Of a DNA stretch of 64,000 nt, positions 26,101 to 39,735 are shown piece after piece. The first letter of the stretch is position 1. Each line of letters begins with the position of its first letter. The stretch comes from Chiloscyllium plagiosum (taxonomy: Eukaryota), in NCBI RefSeq assembly GCF_004010195.1, contig NC_057719.1:45688658-45752657 (forward strand), given 5' to 3'. Position numbers and translations under genes: made by a program. Below the pieces are notes generated by a model, which saw only the letters and a program-made list of their open reading frames with translations, was not told the origin of the DNA and searched no databases.

Positions 26101-27269
26101 AAGTAAATGCCTGTCAATGTTCCCTGAAGATGCAGTGGTAATTAGGAGTGGACAATTACTGCAGCCTAATGAGCATTGTCCAAATCTCAGGAACAAATTT
26201 TAAAATAAAATAGTGATACAACAATTGTAAGATTGGTGTTAGTATCAGCATTACATAGATTGTGCACAAAACTCATTTATATGTACCAATAACATCATGA
26301 AATACTTCCTTGCATTCCTAAGAATTGCTAGATGTTCGAAGAGGTACCTGAAGGAGTGGCCTTTTCAGACACCACACTCCAACTGGTAGAAGAGGAAGAA
26401 TCAGAGGATGCTATTAAAGGAGATAGAGAGTAACTGAGAAATGGTTGAAGGTTCTGCCACCAAACAAAGAACAGAAACATACAGGTATCCGAAGACAACA
26501 GCAAGGAATGTAATCAACGCCATTAACTATGGAGGAGCAAGACCATGAACGGATTTGAAAATAAATGGTAAGCATTTTAAATTCAGTGTTGTGGTGAGCC
26601 AAATAAAGGCTTGCAGGTTTAGGGGTGATACGAGGACTAGATTCAGTACAGGAAAAGATACAGGCAGCAGAGCTTTGGCCAAGGTGGAGTTTGTGGCGAG
26701 CATAGCATTGGAAATGTTGAAGATGGGGAGCGTGAGGGACTGCTGAGGGTTTCAACAACAATGGAAGAAGTGCTGGGGAGGAACGCAATGTTGCAGAGTT
26801 GGAAACAGTAAACCGGGTGATGGATCGAACATGAGCTTGGAGGTTTAGTGTCAAGCAAGGCACAAATGTCATACATCATTGGATTCAATCTAAATGTGCA
26901 ACTGGTGTGAAATGGAGTCAAGCATAAAGAAATTAGGAAAAAGAAAAAATTGCCAGGAGTTATGTCAGATGATGTAAGGCTTTCTAATCAATCTTAAATT
27001 TATCACATTCATCTAGTATTTATGTTCTTTCAACACTAAAAATATTCTGTTTCAATTTAAATACAGGAGTTGGTTAGCTCATTTGGCTGGATGGCTGGTT
27101 TGTGAACAGTATGGATTCAATTACACACTGACCGAAGTTACCATGAGGGACTCTCCTTCTCAACCTCTCCCATTGCCTGAGGTGTGGTGGCCCTCAGGTT
27201 AAATCATCACTTGTTGTCTCTCTCTAATGAGACAGCAGCCCTACGGTCTGATAGGAGGCACCTTGAGAG

Positions 27270-27715
27270 AAGAATGATTCTGAAGATGAAGGGTTTTTTA
27301 AATGAGGAGCAGTTGAGGACTCTGGGCCTGTACTCAACAGAGTTTAGAAGAATACTCCATTGAGTTTAAATCTTACAGAATACTGAGAGGCCTGGATAGA
27401 GTGGACGTGAAGAAGATGTTTCCACTGGAGAGATCAGGACCCAAACGCATAGCCTCAGACTGAAGGGATGACTCATTAGAACTGAGTTGAGGAGAAATTC
27501 CTTTAGCCAGAGAACTCATTTCCATAGAGGGCTACAGAGGCAAAGATATTGGGTGTCTTTTAGACAGAGATAGGTTTTTGATTAGTAAGCGGCTCAAGGT
27601 TTACAGGGAGAAGACAGGAGAATGGGATTGAGAAACATGTTAGCAACGGATGCATTGTGGAGCTGATTCGTTAGATTGAATGACCTTGTTCTGCTTCCAC
27701 ATCTTATTGTTTTAT
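27270..27715 (+). mobile_element. Old CR1 3' fragment
   Basis: Reverse-complement similarity to 16740-17180. Confidence 0.65.
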
Positions 27716-28026
27716 GGTGAAAGGGATGGATTCAGAATCTGAAAAACAATATTTTCAGTGAATGTCAAATAGATGGGTAGTTGCAACAATGGCAATAATA
27801 GTACTGGGAGAGGATGATGAGCAGCAAAGTGGTTGTCATTGACATAGCCTGAAGCTGATCTAGTACTTGTGTCATACAGAGGAAGGGAAATATGCATTAT
27901 ATGTTGCCTTTCAAAATGTCAAATCTAATTTCCATCAATTTCATTTTCGGAATTCAGACCACAGAGAAGCAAACCTTTAAGAATAATCTGACAGTAATAA
28001 TAATAAGTTTGGCATTCTTATTGTAC

Positions 28027-28163
28027 CTTCTTTCATTTCTGAGCTGAATAATCCTACAACAGGAATGTCCCATTGTGGTTTGAGATCACTGTGTAAATCT
28101 CCTTTTAAACAGGCTTCAACATCTTCTGTTGACGTCAACAGAACGGGAGTAGGTATTCTGCTC
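28027..28163 (-). CDS. TXNDC16: TXNDC16 internal coding exon (137 bp, phase 2 to 1)
   Basis: cttgctag|GAGCAGA...AAAGAAG|gtacaa. Translates SRIPTPVLLTSTEDVEACLKGDLHSDLKPQWDIPVVGLFSSEMKE, resembling human NRISYPVNITSIQEAEEYLSGEL...VLGLFSPTMK. Confidence 0.92.
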
Positions 28164-28321
28164 CTAGCAAGGGAAAAAATGAATATCAACAACTCAGGCA
28201 ATATAGTTGCACATCATTAAGAACTCTTAAAATGTCCAGCAAAAGGTATCCAACACAGTTTAATAGCAAGCAACATGACCAATGATGCTCAAATTCAACA
28301 ATCACAATCAACCATATTGTA

Positions 28322-28640
28322 TTTTTTTTTAGATTACATTACAGTGTGGAAACAGGCCCTTCGGCCCAACAAGTCCACACCGACCCGCCGAAGCGCAACC
28401 CACCCATACCCCTACATTTACCCTTTACCTAACACACTACGGGCAATTTAGTATGGCCAATTCACCTGACCTGCACATCTTTGGACTGTGGGAGGAAACC
28501 GGAGCACCCGGAGGAAACCCACGCAGACACGGGGAGAATGTGCAAACTCCGCATAGTCAGTCGCCTGAGGCGGGAATTGAACCCAGGTCTCTGGCGCTGT
28601 GAGGCAGCAGTGCTAACCACTGGGCCACCGTGCCGCCCAC
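28322..28640 (-). mobile_element. Full-length, young HE1-like tRNA-derived V-SINE
   Basis: Minus strand GTGGGCGGCACGG with A box TGGCCCAGTGG and B box GGTTCAATTCC. Central CTCCCCGTGTCTGCGTGGGTTTCCTCCGGGTGCTCCGGTTTCCTCCCACAGTCCAAAGA (V-domain). LINE-derived tail ggccgaagggcctgtttcc and terminal A-run. CpGs are retained. Confidence 0.9.
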
Positions 28641-30733
28641 TAATTTAAATGATTCAACAAAGTTGGTAATTCTTATCTAGTATTTATTTTTCCAATAGTC
28701 CTTCATTACAAATATAAGCCTGCTAATAATTTTGGGTAATTCAGCAGTTTCTAAATGGTGTCCTCTAAGCACATAATGTACAGACACCCTCTAATGGCCA
28801 TAATGGGCACTACTGTGTCAAGTATTCACCAGAATCCAGTTTAGCAGTAACCATGCATTTAAAGATATATTTTATGCATGGATATATTGAATTATTTACT
28901 AAATTTACAAACAGTTTGCTCAAGTTTCAAGAATATATCTTGAGGGAAGAAGAAGAGCTAATGGGTTGGTTTCACAGGTTAGGGCCTTCATGTCTAAAAG
29001 TACAGCCACCAATGGTGAAGTGAGTAAAATACAGAATGCTCGAAAGGCCACAATTTGATGAGTGCAGATATCTCAGATTGTTGTAGGGTTTGAGGAGGTT
29101 TCACAGATGGGGAGAGATGAGATCACAGAGGGATTTGAAAACAAGGTTAAAAACTGAAGGTGGTGTATGCCAGCATACATAAGGCTAACGAATAAACACG
29201 ATAGTGTTCAAGTTAGGATACAGACAGCAGATGTTTCAATGATTTCATGGAAATGGAGGGTTAAAAAGAAACAAAATGGCTGGGATTGTCAAGGTCAGAG
29301 TCAACAAATGCATGAATGAGGGTTTCATTAAATGTATGTTGATATTAGTTTGAGTACTTAGCAGGCATCATTGTTGACAGAATAAGAATTGCAGGAATAG
29401 AACCTCATTTTTTGAATGTCAGCTAAAGTTAACCATAAGAAACTCCATTACACAAACAGTTTGAATCTGAACTAATGATCCCACCCCAAGAACTGAAGAA
29501 TGCAATTTCCAGATGCTGTACATAATGTTCCAGATGTTCTTTTTTGAAGTCTGTGAATCTTGCCAGCAAAACAATTTAATCTATTAATTTCCAGTAATTT
29601 TACAGTTTAAGCATAACACTTTCCAGGCGAAAATTTCAATTTGACATGTCTTGAGTGATAGTTAAAATTCAGTTACTCAAGTAGCTTTACTACATCCTTA
29701 AAGGAATATGTTCCAGTTACATTGTGTTTGTTGCTTGTTTCTAAGGTTATTGCCTCAATATATCACCACCTCACATGACTGTATTGCATCCAGCAGCTGA
29801 TGATACTTCAAGCTTAGTTATTATCTTCTCAAATTTAATTTTCCCATTCTGTTTGACAGTACTATTGATTACAATTTCCCTCACATTGCTGCTGACTGAG
29901 AGCAGACTAATGGAGCAGTAATTGATTGGGTTGGATTTATCTGCTGTTTGTGTATAAGATAAATTAGCAATTTTCCATATTGTCAGGTAGATGCCAGTGT
30001 CATAGCTGTACTAGGACAGTTTGGTTAGGGACATGGCAAGTTCTAGAGAGAATATCCTTAACATTATTGCTGAGATATTGTTGGAGCCCATAAACTTTGC
30101 AATGTCCAGGGCCTTCAGCCTTCTCGTGACATCAACTGATCGAATGAATTGAATTGTTTGAAGACTGGAATCTGAGAGCCAGGGGATATCCAGCAGATTT
30201 CCTTCCCTGAAGGACATCAGTGAACTAGATTTTTTCGATGATAATTAATACTGTTCCATGGTCATCTTTAGACTTTTAATTCCTAATATTATTGAAATCA
30301 AATCCCACTATTGACTGTGATCTTCTCTGTTTATCCATAGACCCATGTTGCTGGGCAACAATACAGATAATTCAACTTTCTTTAATGCATTAAACCACCA
30401 ATCTTCATTTCTTCACTTCAAAGGTTGAAAAATCTCATGAAAAATGCATATATACAAAGAGACCTCCAGACCTTCAGCATTAACCTGACAAAACAACTCT
30501 AAATATTAACCTGTAACTATGTCGCTGCCTTCTTAACAGAAAGATACAAAATATAAATTAAATTTAAAATTATTGTTCCTAACACCAGATACACAGTATT
30601 AAAAGAGGCCAAATTATCTCAACTGTGTATTCAATCAACCTCAGGATTGCCTCACCATAAGTAATTCTATAACCTACCACATGGACAGCAGCATAGGTTA
30701 ACGAAGGAAGCCAAATGTGCTGTTTTCACAGAA

Positions 30734-30825
30734 GGGTTCTGAAGAAGGGTCACGGGGCCCGAAATGTTACCTCTGATTTCTCTCCGCAGATGCTGTTAGA
30801 TCAGCTGAGTTTTTGTTTTGTTTCG
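30734..30825 (+). mobile_element. 92-bp hammerhead-bearing mini-insertion (family D)
   Basis: 12-bp TSD GTTTTCACAGAA at 30722-30733 and 30826-30837. Core GGTT-CTGAAGA(30739-30745)-A-GGGTC ACGG GGCCC-GAAA-TGTT-ACCT. Confidence 0.72.
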
Positions 30826-31214
30826 GTTTTCACAGAACGTGGGTGGAATACCCATGTAAAAGTGAAAATTACAGAATAACACAATAAAAAATGTACACCT
30901 CAGTTCAACACCGGCATCTCCAAATCATAATAAAAATGCATCTTTAATTAATCATCTTAAATGAGTGGTTTGGAGAATTATGTAAGAATCCTGAGGATAT
31001 TTGCCTAAAGTATAAACCTGTTTCTTCCTCAACTGCCTGATTTGCTGAGTATTCCCAGCATTTTCTGTTTCTATTTCAGATTTCCACTATTTACATTATT
31101 TGGCTTTTGTGATTGAAAATCCTGCATTTTGTGCTACATACCACCGCATGGCAAAAAAAAGTACATCCTGTGACTAATGGCCAGCAACGTTACATAAGAT
31201 CTATTTACCTCGTG

Positions 31215-31570
31215 TGAGTTGGTAGTACTTGCCCCTCTGAGTCAGAATATTGTGAGTTCAAGTCCCAAACCACAGATTTGAACACAGAAACCAAGGTTGG
31301 CAATTAGGATAGAAACCAAAGGCATGTTGTAATGTTGGGCATGCCAGATTTTGGATGAGACATTAAACCAAGACTCCATCTGCCCTCTCGGGTAGGCAAA
31401 AAGATTCCTTTTGAAAATGAACAGGGGAGGAGCCACTGTCCCATATCATTAAAGCACCCTCAATCAATCTCATAAAAACAGATTATCTGCTTATTCTCAC
31501 ACTGCTGTTTGTGGGAAATAGTGCAAGTTGGCTGACATGTTTCCCAGCGACTACACATCAAAAGTATTGC
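31215..31570 (+). mobile_element. Deu-domain SINE (SacSINE1/AmnSINE1-related), degenerate
   Basis: tRNA-like head (gagttcaagtccc) followed by ggatgagacattaaacc, ctgccctctc, aaacagattatctg and ctgctgtttgtggga, matching my recollection of the Deu core. Second fragment at about 53165-53430. Confidence 0.65.
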
Positions 31571-34500
31571 ATGCTGTAGACACATTCCAGATGCAAGATA
31601 CTTTCACTTGCAGAAAAAAATCACTTGCATCTTGTAGTATTTCTCACAAGTTTCAGAATGTGTGAATCACACCCCGTTTTATATTCCAAACAGTAACAGA
31701 TCTTGTTATAGATGCAATCAACAACAAACCAGCAGCAAGAAAATCAGACATTTTTGTTGATATGTAGCATGAAACTTTTAAGTAACTGTAACTGCCTTCT
31801 AATTAATCTCAGATGCTTAAGTGCAACTGCAATTTAGCATTTAGACTTTCTCAACAAGGAAAACAAAAACTTGAAAAAAAGCCTCAGGTGGACAGGGCAG
31901 ATTAAACATATCTTCATCGCAGCAGCTAGATACTGAAATGTGCTCTGGACTCCAGATTTCCAGTGACCATGTACTGGTCTCTTAACATAGAAATTCTCTT
32001 TCCCTTATCTATTACAGGTTATTATGGTGACAAGAATTATATCGAAAAGTTGGTTGCAGCAGTGCAAGCTGTAAACTTGAATGGCAAATCATTAAAATGC
32101 TTGTACATAAAAGACAAGAAAAGGATCTTGATTTTAACTGCTGAGTGGGAGTGCGGAAAAGATAATGGAGTCCTTGTTCAGGAGCTGCTTTTGGTAGGTT
32201 TGCATGCTTTTAATAGTGAGGCCTCAATATCATTGAAAAACCTGGAAAGCTGGTGGGAAGTGGCTAGCTGGCCTTTAACATCATAGGGCTAGAACGCTGG
32301 CATGGGGACCCAGGGCAAGAAGTGCCAGGTGAAACTGACTATATTGGCGAAGTGCAGCAAGAGTGCAGATGTTGGGTAGGAGAGGGAGAAGGGAGTGGGT
32401 GGTGGATGCCAAGGACAGTGGAGTCTGCAAAATAAAGCAAATTACTGGGAATGCTTGAGATCTGAAATGAAAAACAGAAAATGTTGAAGATGCTCAGCAA
32501 GTCTGGTAGCATCTATGTGGACAAAAACAGACTAATCAAGAGCTCCAAAAAAGGGTTATATTGGACTTGAAACATTAACTCTTTCAGTTGCCAAAGCTTC
32601 TTTCTGGTGACTAGAGAAGATACCCCAATCATAAAACAAATAATGTCTTACAATAACTCCTGGTCTTGGCCCGAGTGCTGCCTGATTGCTGTGCTCTTCC
32701 AGTCTCCTGCTTGTCTATTTGGATTCCAGCATCTGCAGTTTTTTTGTCTCTTGCTTCCCAGAGATCACTGTTCCTCATATCACAGTTCCACTTAAAATGG
32801 CAAATTGTTTACTTCACAGAAGTTTAGTCTACATACCTAATGTAGGGCCTCAGCATTTTGGGAAGTGTGACCTGCAATTCAAAACTGCAATGTGAAAGAT
32901 CATTGCGGAGAAAGAGATAGAGAAGAGTCTCATTCCATTTTGTTTGCCCCCTCTGGTTTGCAGAAGGGCAGAATTAAAAATCATGGCCCTGATGTCAATT
33001 TAAACTGTATCACATTTCTATCATTTGGTTGGCCTTTTCCTTTGCTCGTTTGTTTATTTAAACATTCTTCAAGTTCAGATTTGTACTCCCACGCGTAGTT
33101 CTTCTCCAAATGTTTGTGGACAGACTGATTGAAAATGATTAACTTTACAAACAGATGTAAATGGGAAATTCTTTCCAACAAAACTTAGATCAAAAACACA
33201 TTTCTTATTCACAAACCACGCAAGATACAAAGCATGGCTTAAAATACAGAAGAACAGACTTCAATAATTTCAGTTGTTAATTCCAAGTCTGATGTGCACA
33301 AGTTGAGGGGTTTGTGCTCCAAAACAACAGTTAACAGTTCTCCAGCAGTTTCAGTTTTTATGTCAGATTTCCAGCATCCAAGAAAAGGTGGGGGGGGGGG
33401 GGGCTTCCTCGATGCCACATCCCTTCTCCCAGATTATACAGTGCCATCAACTTCTCCAGTGTATCCCCCATCTCCCTTCCTCCCGGGACCAGCCTCACTA
33501 GTCACCCCTCTATGTATTCCCCCTCCCATATCCTCACAGCCTATTGCAGAGCCAGTTTCAAAGTTACATACTTTTTCTCGATATGCGCGTAGTGCAGTCT
33601 TTGCATATAATATCACACGCAAAAAGTGATGTATTGGGCCTGGAATTGTGTGCATGCACATTTTCAGAACAGTGCACATGGCCAGTTGTAGGTGTCAGCA
33701 AATAATGCCATAGTACAAAGATTTTGAAGATGTTTATTTTGTTAAATATTGCTTTGCCTGGAATGAGGGAAGAACTAATCTTTGCCGTGCTATTGTTAAT
33801 TTTATTAAATTATCTTGCTTTGCTTTAGAGTGTTCCTTCCAGTTTAATAATTCAAAATCCCAAGAGATCACCATGCGCCTTGATTATTGAGTGCTATTTG
33901 TTCTAAAATGTTTACAAGCAAAAGAGTTTGCCCACAGATCTTTCAGTTGGGACACTGCAACAATAATTCCAAGCCTGTCGCTCTACCATACCTAACTGTC
34001 AGCAAGAATGCATTTCTTCAAGTAGGCGTACTTACCGTGGCCAGTGAATCACACAGATCGGTGTCAGGTTCATGGAAGGTGTCACCATATACTGTGTCAA
34101 TCAGTCTGTCACATTTTGACCCAGCCCATAAAGTCAAAGGTTAGCTAATTGGGGAAAAGAGTTATCTTTTTATATCTGACTCAAGACAAACCTAATGATC
34201 ACCAACTCAATGGAGACACAACCAGAGCCATAGGATTACGAGAGGGACTATACATCACAGCTTAAGCAGCAGATTGCTACGTGGGCAAGTCTGAGGGGTA
34301 GTTTGCAACAAAACCCACAGTCCCAGATTGTTGTTCTCGGTTGTATCCTCGGTTGTATGCTGCAATGCAATGGAGACAAAGCACAGAGCTTGGTCAGCAA
34401 AGAAAACTTGCCCATTCAGGTAAGGAATATCCTACAATGATCAGGACAGAACAGAAGTGGGAGGACAGCACTGTACCAAGCTACATCCAAAGCAATTTTC

Positions 34501-34789
34501 CAACAGTTAGCTGACTAATAGGTCAATTGATAATGGTGCATGTCAATGTTAAATCTGGGACCTCATTACTGTGCATGCCTTCAATCTCCTTAATCAATGA
34601 AGCAAAAAGGCTAAAAAAAAAGAAAACCAAGTGACTGCTGTAAAACTAAATCAGATAAATAGAGCCAAATGAAATAATTGTAAGACAAGCAATCACAAAA
34701 ATATACATAAGACAGAACAAAAGAAGTTCCCAAAATTCTCTGAGAACAATTCATTATCTGTTGGAATAAGACTTCACAGGTTCACTTGG

Positions 34790-34967
34790 AGTCATTGAGA
34801 TGTACAGCATGGAAACATACCCTTTGGTCCAACTCATTCATGCCGACCAGATATCCCAGCCTAATCTGGTCCCATTTTCCAGCACTTGGTCCATATCCCT
34901 CTAAACATTTCCTATTCACATACCCATCCAGATGCCTTTTAAATGTTGTAATTGTACCAGCCTCCAC
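34790..34967 (-). mobile_element. CR1 3'-end fragment
   Basis: Near-identical to 518-700. Confidence 0.85.
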
Positions 34968-35851
34968 TTATTTCTTCTCTGAGCATCTAATGCTAATCTT
35001 GATGGCAGGACCATAAACCATGTCATCAGTGCTCGCTGTAGCAGTGAGATTAAGTCAGGTTTATAGCATGCATCTAGCAATTTCATGACATACAATTGAT
35101 ACACTTCATTTGTATTAGAGAGGTTTATGGCAAGATTGCAAATATTTTCAGATCTAACAACAGAATGGTGGAAATTATTCAGCAGTTTGCAGAGAAGTGG
35201 AACATTTGAAGCTTTTATCTTCACAATAAATTGTTGGATTTTTCTGCTAATTAATAACTGGTATTTTGAAACATTTTTAAACCATTTGTGAGTCATCTTC
35301 ACAGGAACACATCATGAAAATGTTAATCAAGGATACAATTAGAAAACTTCACGCAAAATGTCCACAGATAATCAAGTTTCCTAAGAAACTACAGGCGCAA
35401 AGTTTTGTTTTGTGGTAAAGCATCAAAATGCAACTGAGTAGAATAAGTATAGAGATGTGTTCCTAACAGTCAAGGACAAGAAAATTATCCCAATGGACCT
35501 TTCCTCCTTGACAGCCTTACTTATAAACAGGAAATAAAGTATAATATGTGAACAGCAAAAGAAATCAGTTCAAAATTAACTGCTAGTTCTTTAGCACTGC
35601 ATAAGCAATTTAATATAACTGGTCTTGGGTTATGGTATGCAAACTAACTTTATGCCCAAAAACCAATTATTTAAAAAAAGAATTAAATTAGTTCACTAAT
35701 GCTCTTCAGGAGGGAACTACCTTACACCTATATCTGCACAGGCACTCTATGGCTGAATTTTAAATAATATCAGGACAATAAATACTGTTTTAATAGAATC
35801 ATCCACATTCCAAGCAAAAGAAAATAAGAAGGTTTAGTTTAATTTACTTAC

Positions 35852-36020
35852 AGCATAATGAACTTTAATAGACTGTGTACTCCTAGCATTCCAGTGTAGA
35901 GTAAGGGTTTATCGCCTTGAATATATATCTTGACAGTTGGAAAGTGTGTAACGCCTTCATTCAAACAAACACCTGGCCAGTCTCCACAGTTAACTCGAGT
36001 CAGGACAAGGTCCTTCATAT
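35852..36020 (-). CDS. TXNDC16: TXNDC16 internal coding exon (169 bp, phase 1 to 2)
   Basis: gcatag|ATATGAAG...ATTATGCT|gtaagt. Translates (D)MKDLVLTRVNCGDWPGVCLNEGVTHFPTVKIYIQGDKPLLYTGMLGVHSLLKFIM(L). Contains the CX6C motif and the thioredoxin-fold cis-Pro FPT motif; resembles human LTRINCADWSDVC...FPIIKMY...YAGMLG...LLKFIQL. Confidence 0.95.
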
Positions 36021-36994
36021 CTATGCAGCAACGTTTTCAGAAGAATTTTATTGCATTCAATTTAAAACAAAAAATATATCAGTAAGGCAGTATTTATATG
36101 GGTAGTCCAAGATAAATGGTCTCTGAAGGTTCTACCCTGAAAACAAATGTAGGTTCGGAACTTAGCAGCATTACATATATTCTGAGAAATCTTAATTTTG
36201 TAACATTTACTCAAAATTAGAGGTTTCTACAATTTTACAATTACAATTTTGAACTGTACAAGACTGTCGAGCTTGGAAAATATCAACACTGCAGTATCAA
36301 TTAAAGCTAATATCTGTTTAAAATGTGTATTTAGAGGCATTAAAACAGCCAAAATGATATGACGTCATAAATATTGAAATGACAAAATACAACAGTGAAA
36401 GTTTGCGATGAGACAAAAGGTTGCATAGTGTCTATATGTACATTTTTTGGAGAAAATATATTTTAGGTTCATATTGAAATACTAAAATGATAGAAAACAC
36501 AGTTTGTTGGAAGACTTTTTTCCTACAGTACAGGCTGAAGAACTGATATATGCAAACCTGAGGCATTGCTGCCTCATCATATTGAGAGGATGAACTCCTC
36601 TGATTTTGGTAGCTAGTTTCTGCTCTACATACAGAAAGATAGAAAAAAAGTTGCCTTAAGTATGACATTAATATGAGAACAGAAACCAACTTTTTCAGAC
36701 AGGTACACATATGCATATGGCAAATTTATGAATCTGTATAGAAATTATTAGTTACAAAATACCATCTTGATTTGGGATTGTTACCAATTTTTGTTTGTTG
36801 TTATTATTTAGCATTTTCCACAAGTTTCATTTTAAGTAGATCTAGAAAGGAAGTTTATCATAGTGGGAAAAATAAATGCACAGATTTTAAAACAGTTTAG
36901 GTATCTGTAGCTGTTTTCGTTTTTATGAATACACCTTCACAGTTTTAAAATGATCAGTGAGCTTGATATGATTTCTCAAAGGAAAAATACTCTC

Positions 36995-37335
36995 AATTTT
37001 TTATTTACTCGTGTTGCATGGGCATTGCTGGCGAGAGCCAGCATTAATTTCCCATCCCTAGTTGCCCTTGAGAAGATGGTGGTGAGTTGCCTTTTTGAAC
37101 TGCTGCAGTTCACATGCTGTAGGTAGACCCACAATGTCATTAGGGAGAGAATTCCAGGAATTTGCTCGAGCAAGTGAAAAAACAATGATATATTTCCAAA
37201 TCGGAACACCAAAGGCTTAGAGGGGAACCTGCAAATGGTGGTGTTTCCAAGAATCTGCTGCCCTTGTCCTTTGAGGTGGAAGTGATTGTGTGTTTGGACG
37301 GTGCTGTCTAAGGATCTTTGATGAACTTCTGCAGA
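36995..37335 (-). mobile_element. 3' end of the old CR1-group LINE family
   Basis: Similar to 5285-5590. Confidence 0.75.
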
Positions 37336-39699
37336 CTTGCAGAACTATGCAGATTTGAGGCCATAGTCAAATCAGCCACGATCTTATGAAATGGTGAAGC
37401 AGGCTCAGGGGACAAGCCGCCTATTCTTGCTCCTATTTCATATGTTAATATGAGATGTGAAAGGTTAATTGATTTTGGATCACAAAAAATTGAGCAACAG
37501 GTTGGAAGTACAACGATTATGAGACTATGGAAGCTTTCTCAAGAGTCAGTATTCAATGAATAGCACCCAAGTTGTTTTGAGAACTCCTACAGTCAACTCC
37601 GTTCCCCAACTTAAACTTTCTCAATAGAAAATAACATCTGCCTCTCGAATATACTGATTGTCTGTGGTTAGTCATCCTACACAGTAATGTGAAACTTACT
37701 GGAAGCTGTCACGATTCATTCATTCTTCAGAATTTAAATGCCCTGAAAAATATTCGTGTCAGCAATGGCGTGGAAGTCACATACTGTGGATACTCCTATT
37801 TCCATGGAGAACAGTCTACATCAGCAGCTAGGCGGCATTATGCAAAGACCACAAAACTGTACCAGAATGATCATTCAGAAGGTAATTGGTGAGAAGGCTT
37901 AAAAACTGGTTTCACTGTCTTGTCAGTTCAGGCGGATCTCTGCAGTATAATCCTGAACGAATAACCTACATGGTAGAAATATTTCAAAAAGACCATGGTT
38001 GCATCTTTTGGCAGAGATAGTCTTTGCAACTTTGAGGAGAAAGTACATGGAGGAGATCAGTAGGATAATTATGATTTAGATGAGTCCTAAGCAATGCTGC
38101 TAGGAATATTTAACAAATGTTATGACTGTATTTGATGATCAGGATGCAGTGGGTATGTACATGTAAATTGAAAGAAATATATGCCTCAAATATAGTGGAG
38201 AATCTAGGATCAAAATTATTCAAGCAATTCACTATGACTAGAAACATCAGGCAGTGGTATGAAGAGTGCTAAGGCAAAAAGGATTCTGTAATCTAATTGT
38301 TGCACATAAATCTTAACTTAGTAATATTTTTGATAAGTATTGATGACCCAGCAAGCTTTTCAAATGGTGAGGCAATGAAAAAGAGAATCAAAAGTACATC
38401 TTCAAGTGAAAACTCAAAGTTTGAACAAACACAAAGATAAGCTAGTATGAACACATATATTGTTCAATTACAGGCTTTTTTACATCCAACCATTAAAAAT
38501 AGTACATTTAGCAAATTAGTCCATATTGAAAGATTGAAGAATGGAAGTACAAATTATTTTCCATTCTACTGGATTTAAAAAAATCATCCAGTACTTAAAG
38601 TCTCTGTTCTCCTGGCTAACTTAGGCACATGCCTTTTGTTAACATTGCTCAATCACAAGTGTAATATGATCAAACTAGTGGGTGGTAAAATATCAGTCAC
38701 TCAAATATTTTCCAAATCAGTTATATTCCTTAGAAGCATGAATTGAAATGGTGAGATGATAACATTCTAAGAATTCGGTCCCCTGATTTTTCTATAAATC
38801 ACAGCATGTATCAGCTAAAGTTATTTCACACCCTGCACCAAATGCAAAAGATTTCTCATGGCACTACCATGTAAAACAGGGATGGATTTTTAACTCCTGG
38901 ATAGGAATAGGAATAATAATATTAATAATCTGTAGGAAGCCCTCCCCACCCCATCCCCAGTGCTCCACCACCACTTACCGCTGCTTCAAATCTGGCAGAA
39001 ATAACAAACAGGCTGTTGTGCAGAAAGGGTCCAGGTCTAGACTTGAGGGAGTGTTCCCATCATATGGTAAGAGGTCAAGAATGGGTGACTAGAGCCAAAG
39101 CTATTATGGAAAGGTTTTAGAAGCCTAGGAAATGCCCAGAGTTTCTTTTTGATACATGGAGCAGTACACCTGATTCTTCTGATCCACAAATAAACTATTT
39201 TCTTTTAGAAAATGTCAAACATATAGTTTTTACTATTTTAAGTATCCATACCATTTATCCTCAAAACTTTCCATAGGCAAACTTTCACAGGGCTCTTAAA
39301 CCAGTTATCAATCAGGAATTGGATATTTCCCATTCCGTGAGGCCAGTATATACTAGATGCAGCCAGACAGAACTTCATACAAGGAAATGATTGTAGTATA
39401 ATTAAATGTCTCAACTACACATAGTAACACCATGTTTACACAGCAGCCTTACAGCAATTGCAAGAGATCTTCAATGGTTCAATTCCCAGGTTCTCTGCTC
39501 AGGAGTATTAAATGTACAACCTTTAACGATACATAAATGCTACTTGCCTATCTCCTTTTCCACCTATCCACTCCACCCTCTCCTCCCTGACCTATTACCT
39601 TCATCCCCTCCCCCACTCACCCATTGTACTCTATGCTACTTTCTCCCCACCCCCACCCTCCTCTAGCTTATCTCTCCACGCTTCAGGCTCACTGCCTTT

Positions 39700-39735
39700 A
39701 TTCCTGATGAAGGACTTTTGCCCGAAACGTCGATT
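39700..39735 (+). ncRNA. Minimal hammerhead motif (family A variant) in a PLE pseudo-LTR at about 39535-39826
   Basis: ATTC-CTGATGA(39704-39710)-A-GGAC TTTT GCCC-GAAA-CGTC-GATT. GUC triplet; one stem II mismatch. Confidence 0.62.

Noticed and set aside
28560..28640. tRNA gene
   Set aside because: The A and B boxes belong to the tRNA-derived head of a SINE that continues into a V-domain and LINE tail. No full cloverleaf.
33290..33690. Overlapping ORFs and a short CG-containing patch (tatgcgcgtagtgca) as a promoter or exon
   Set aside because: No recognisable protein motif, no phase-compatible role in the TXNDC16 splice chain, and too few CpGs for an island.
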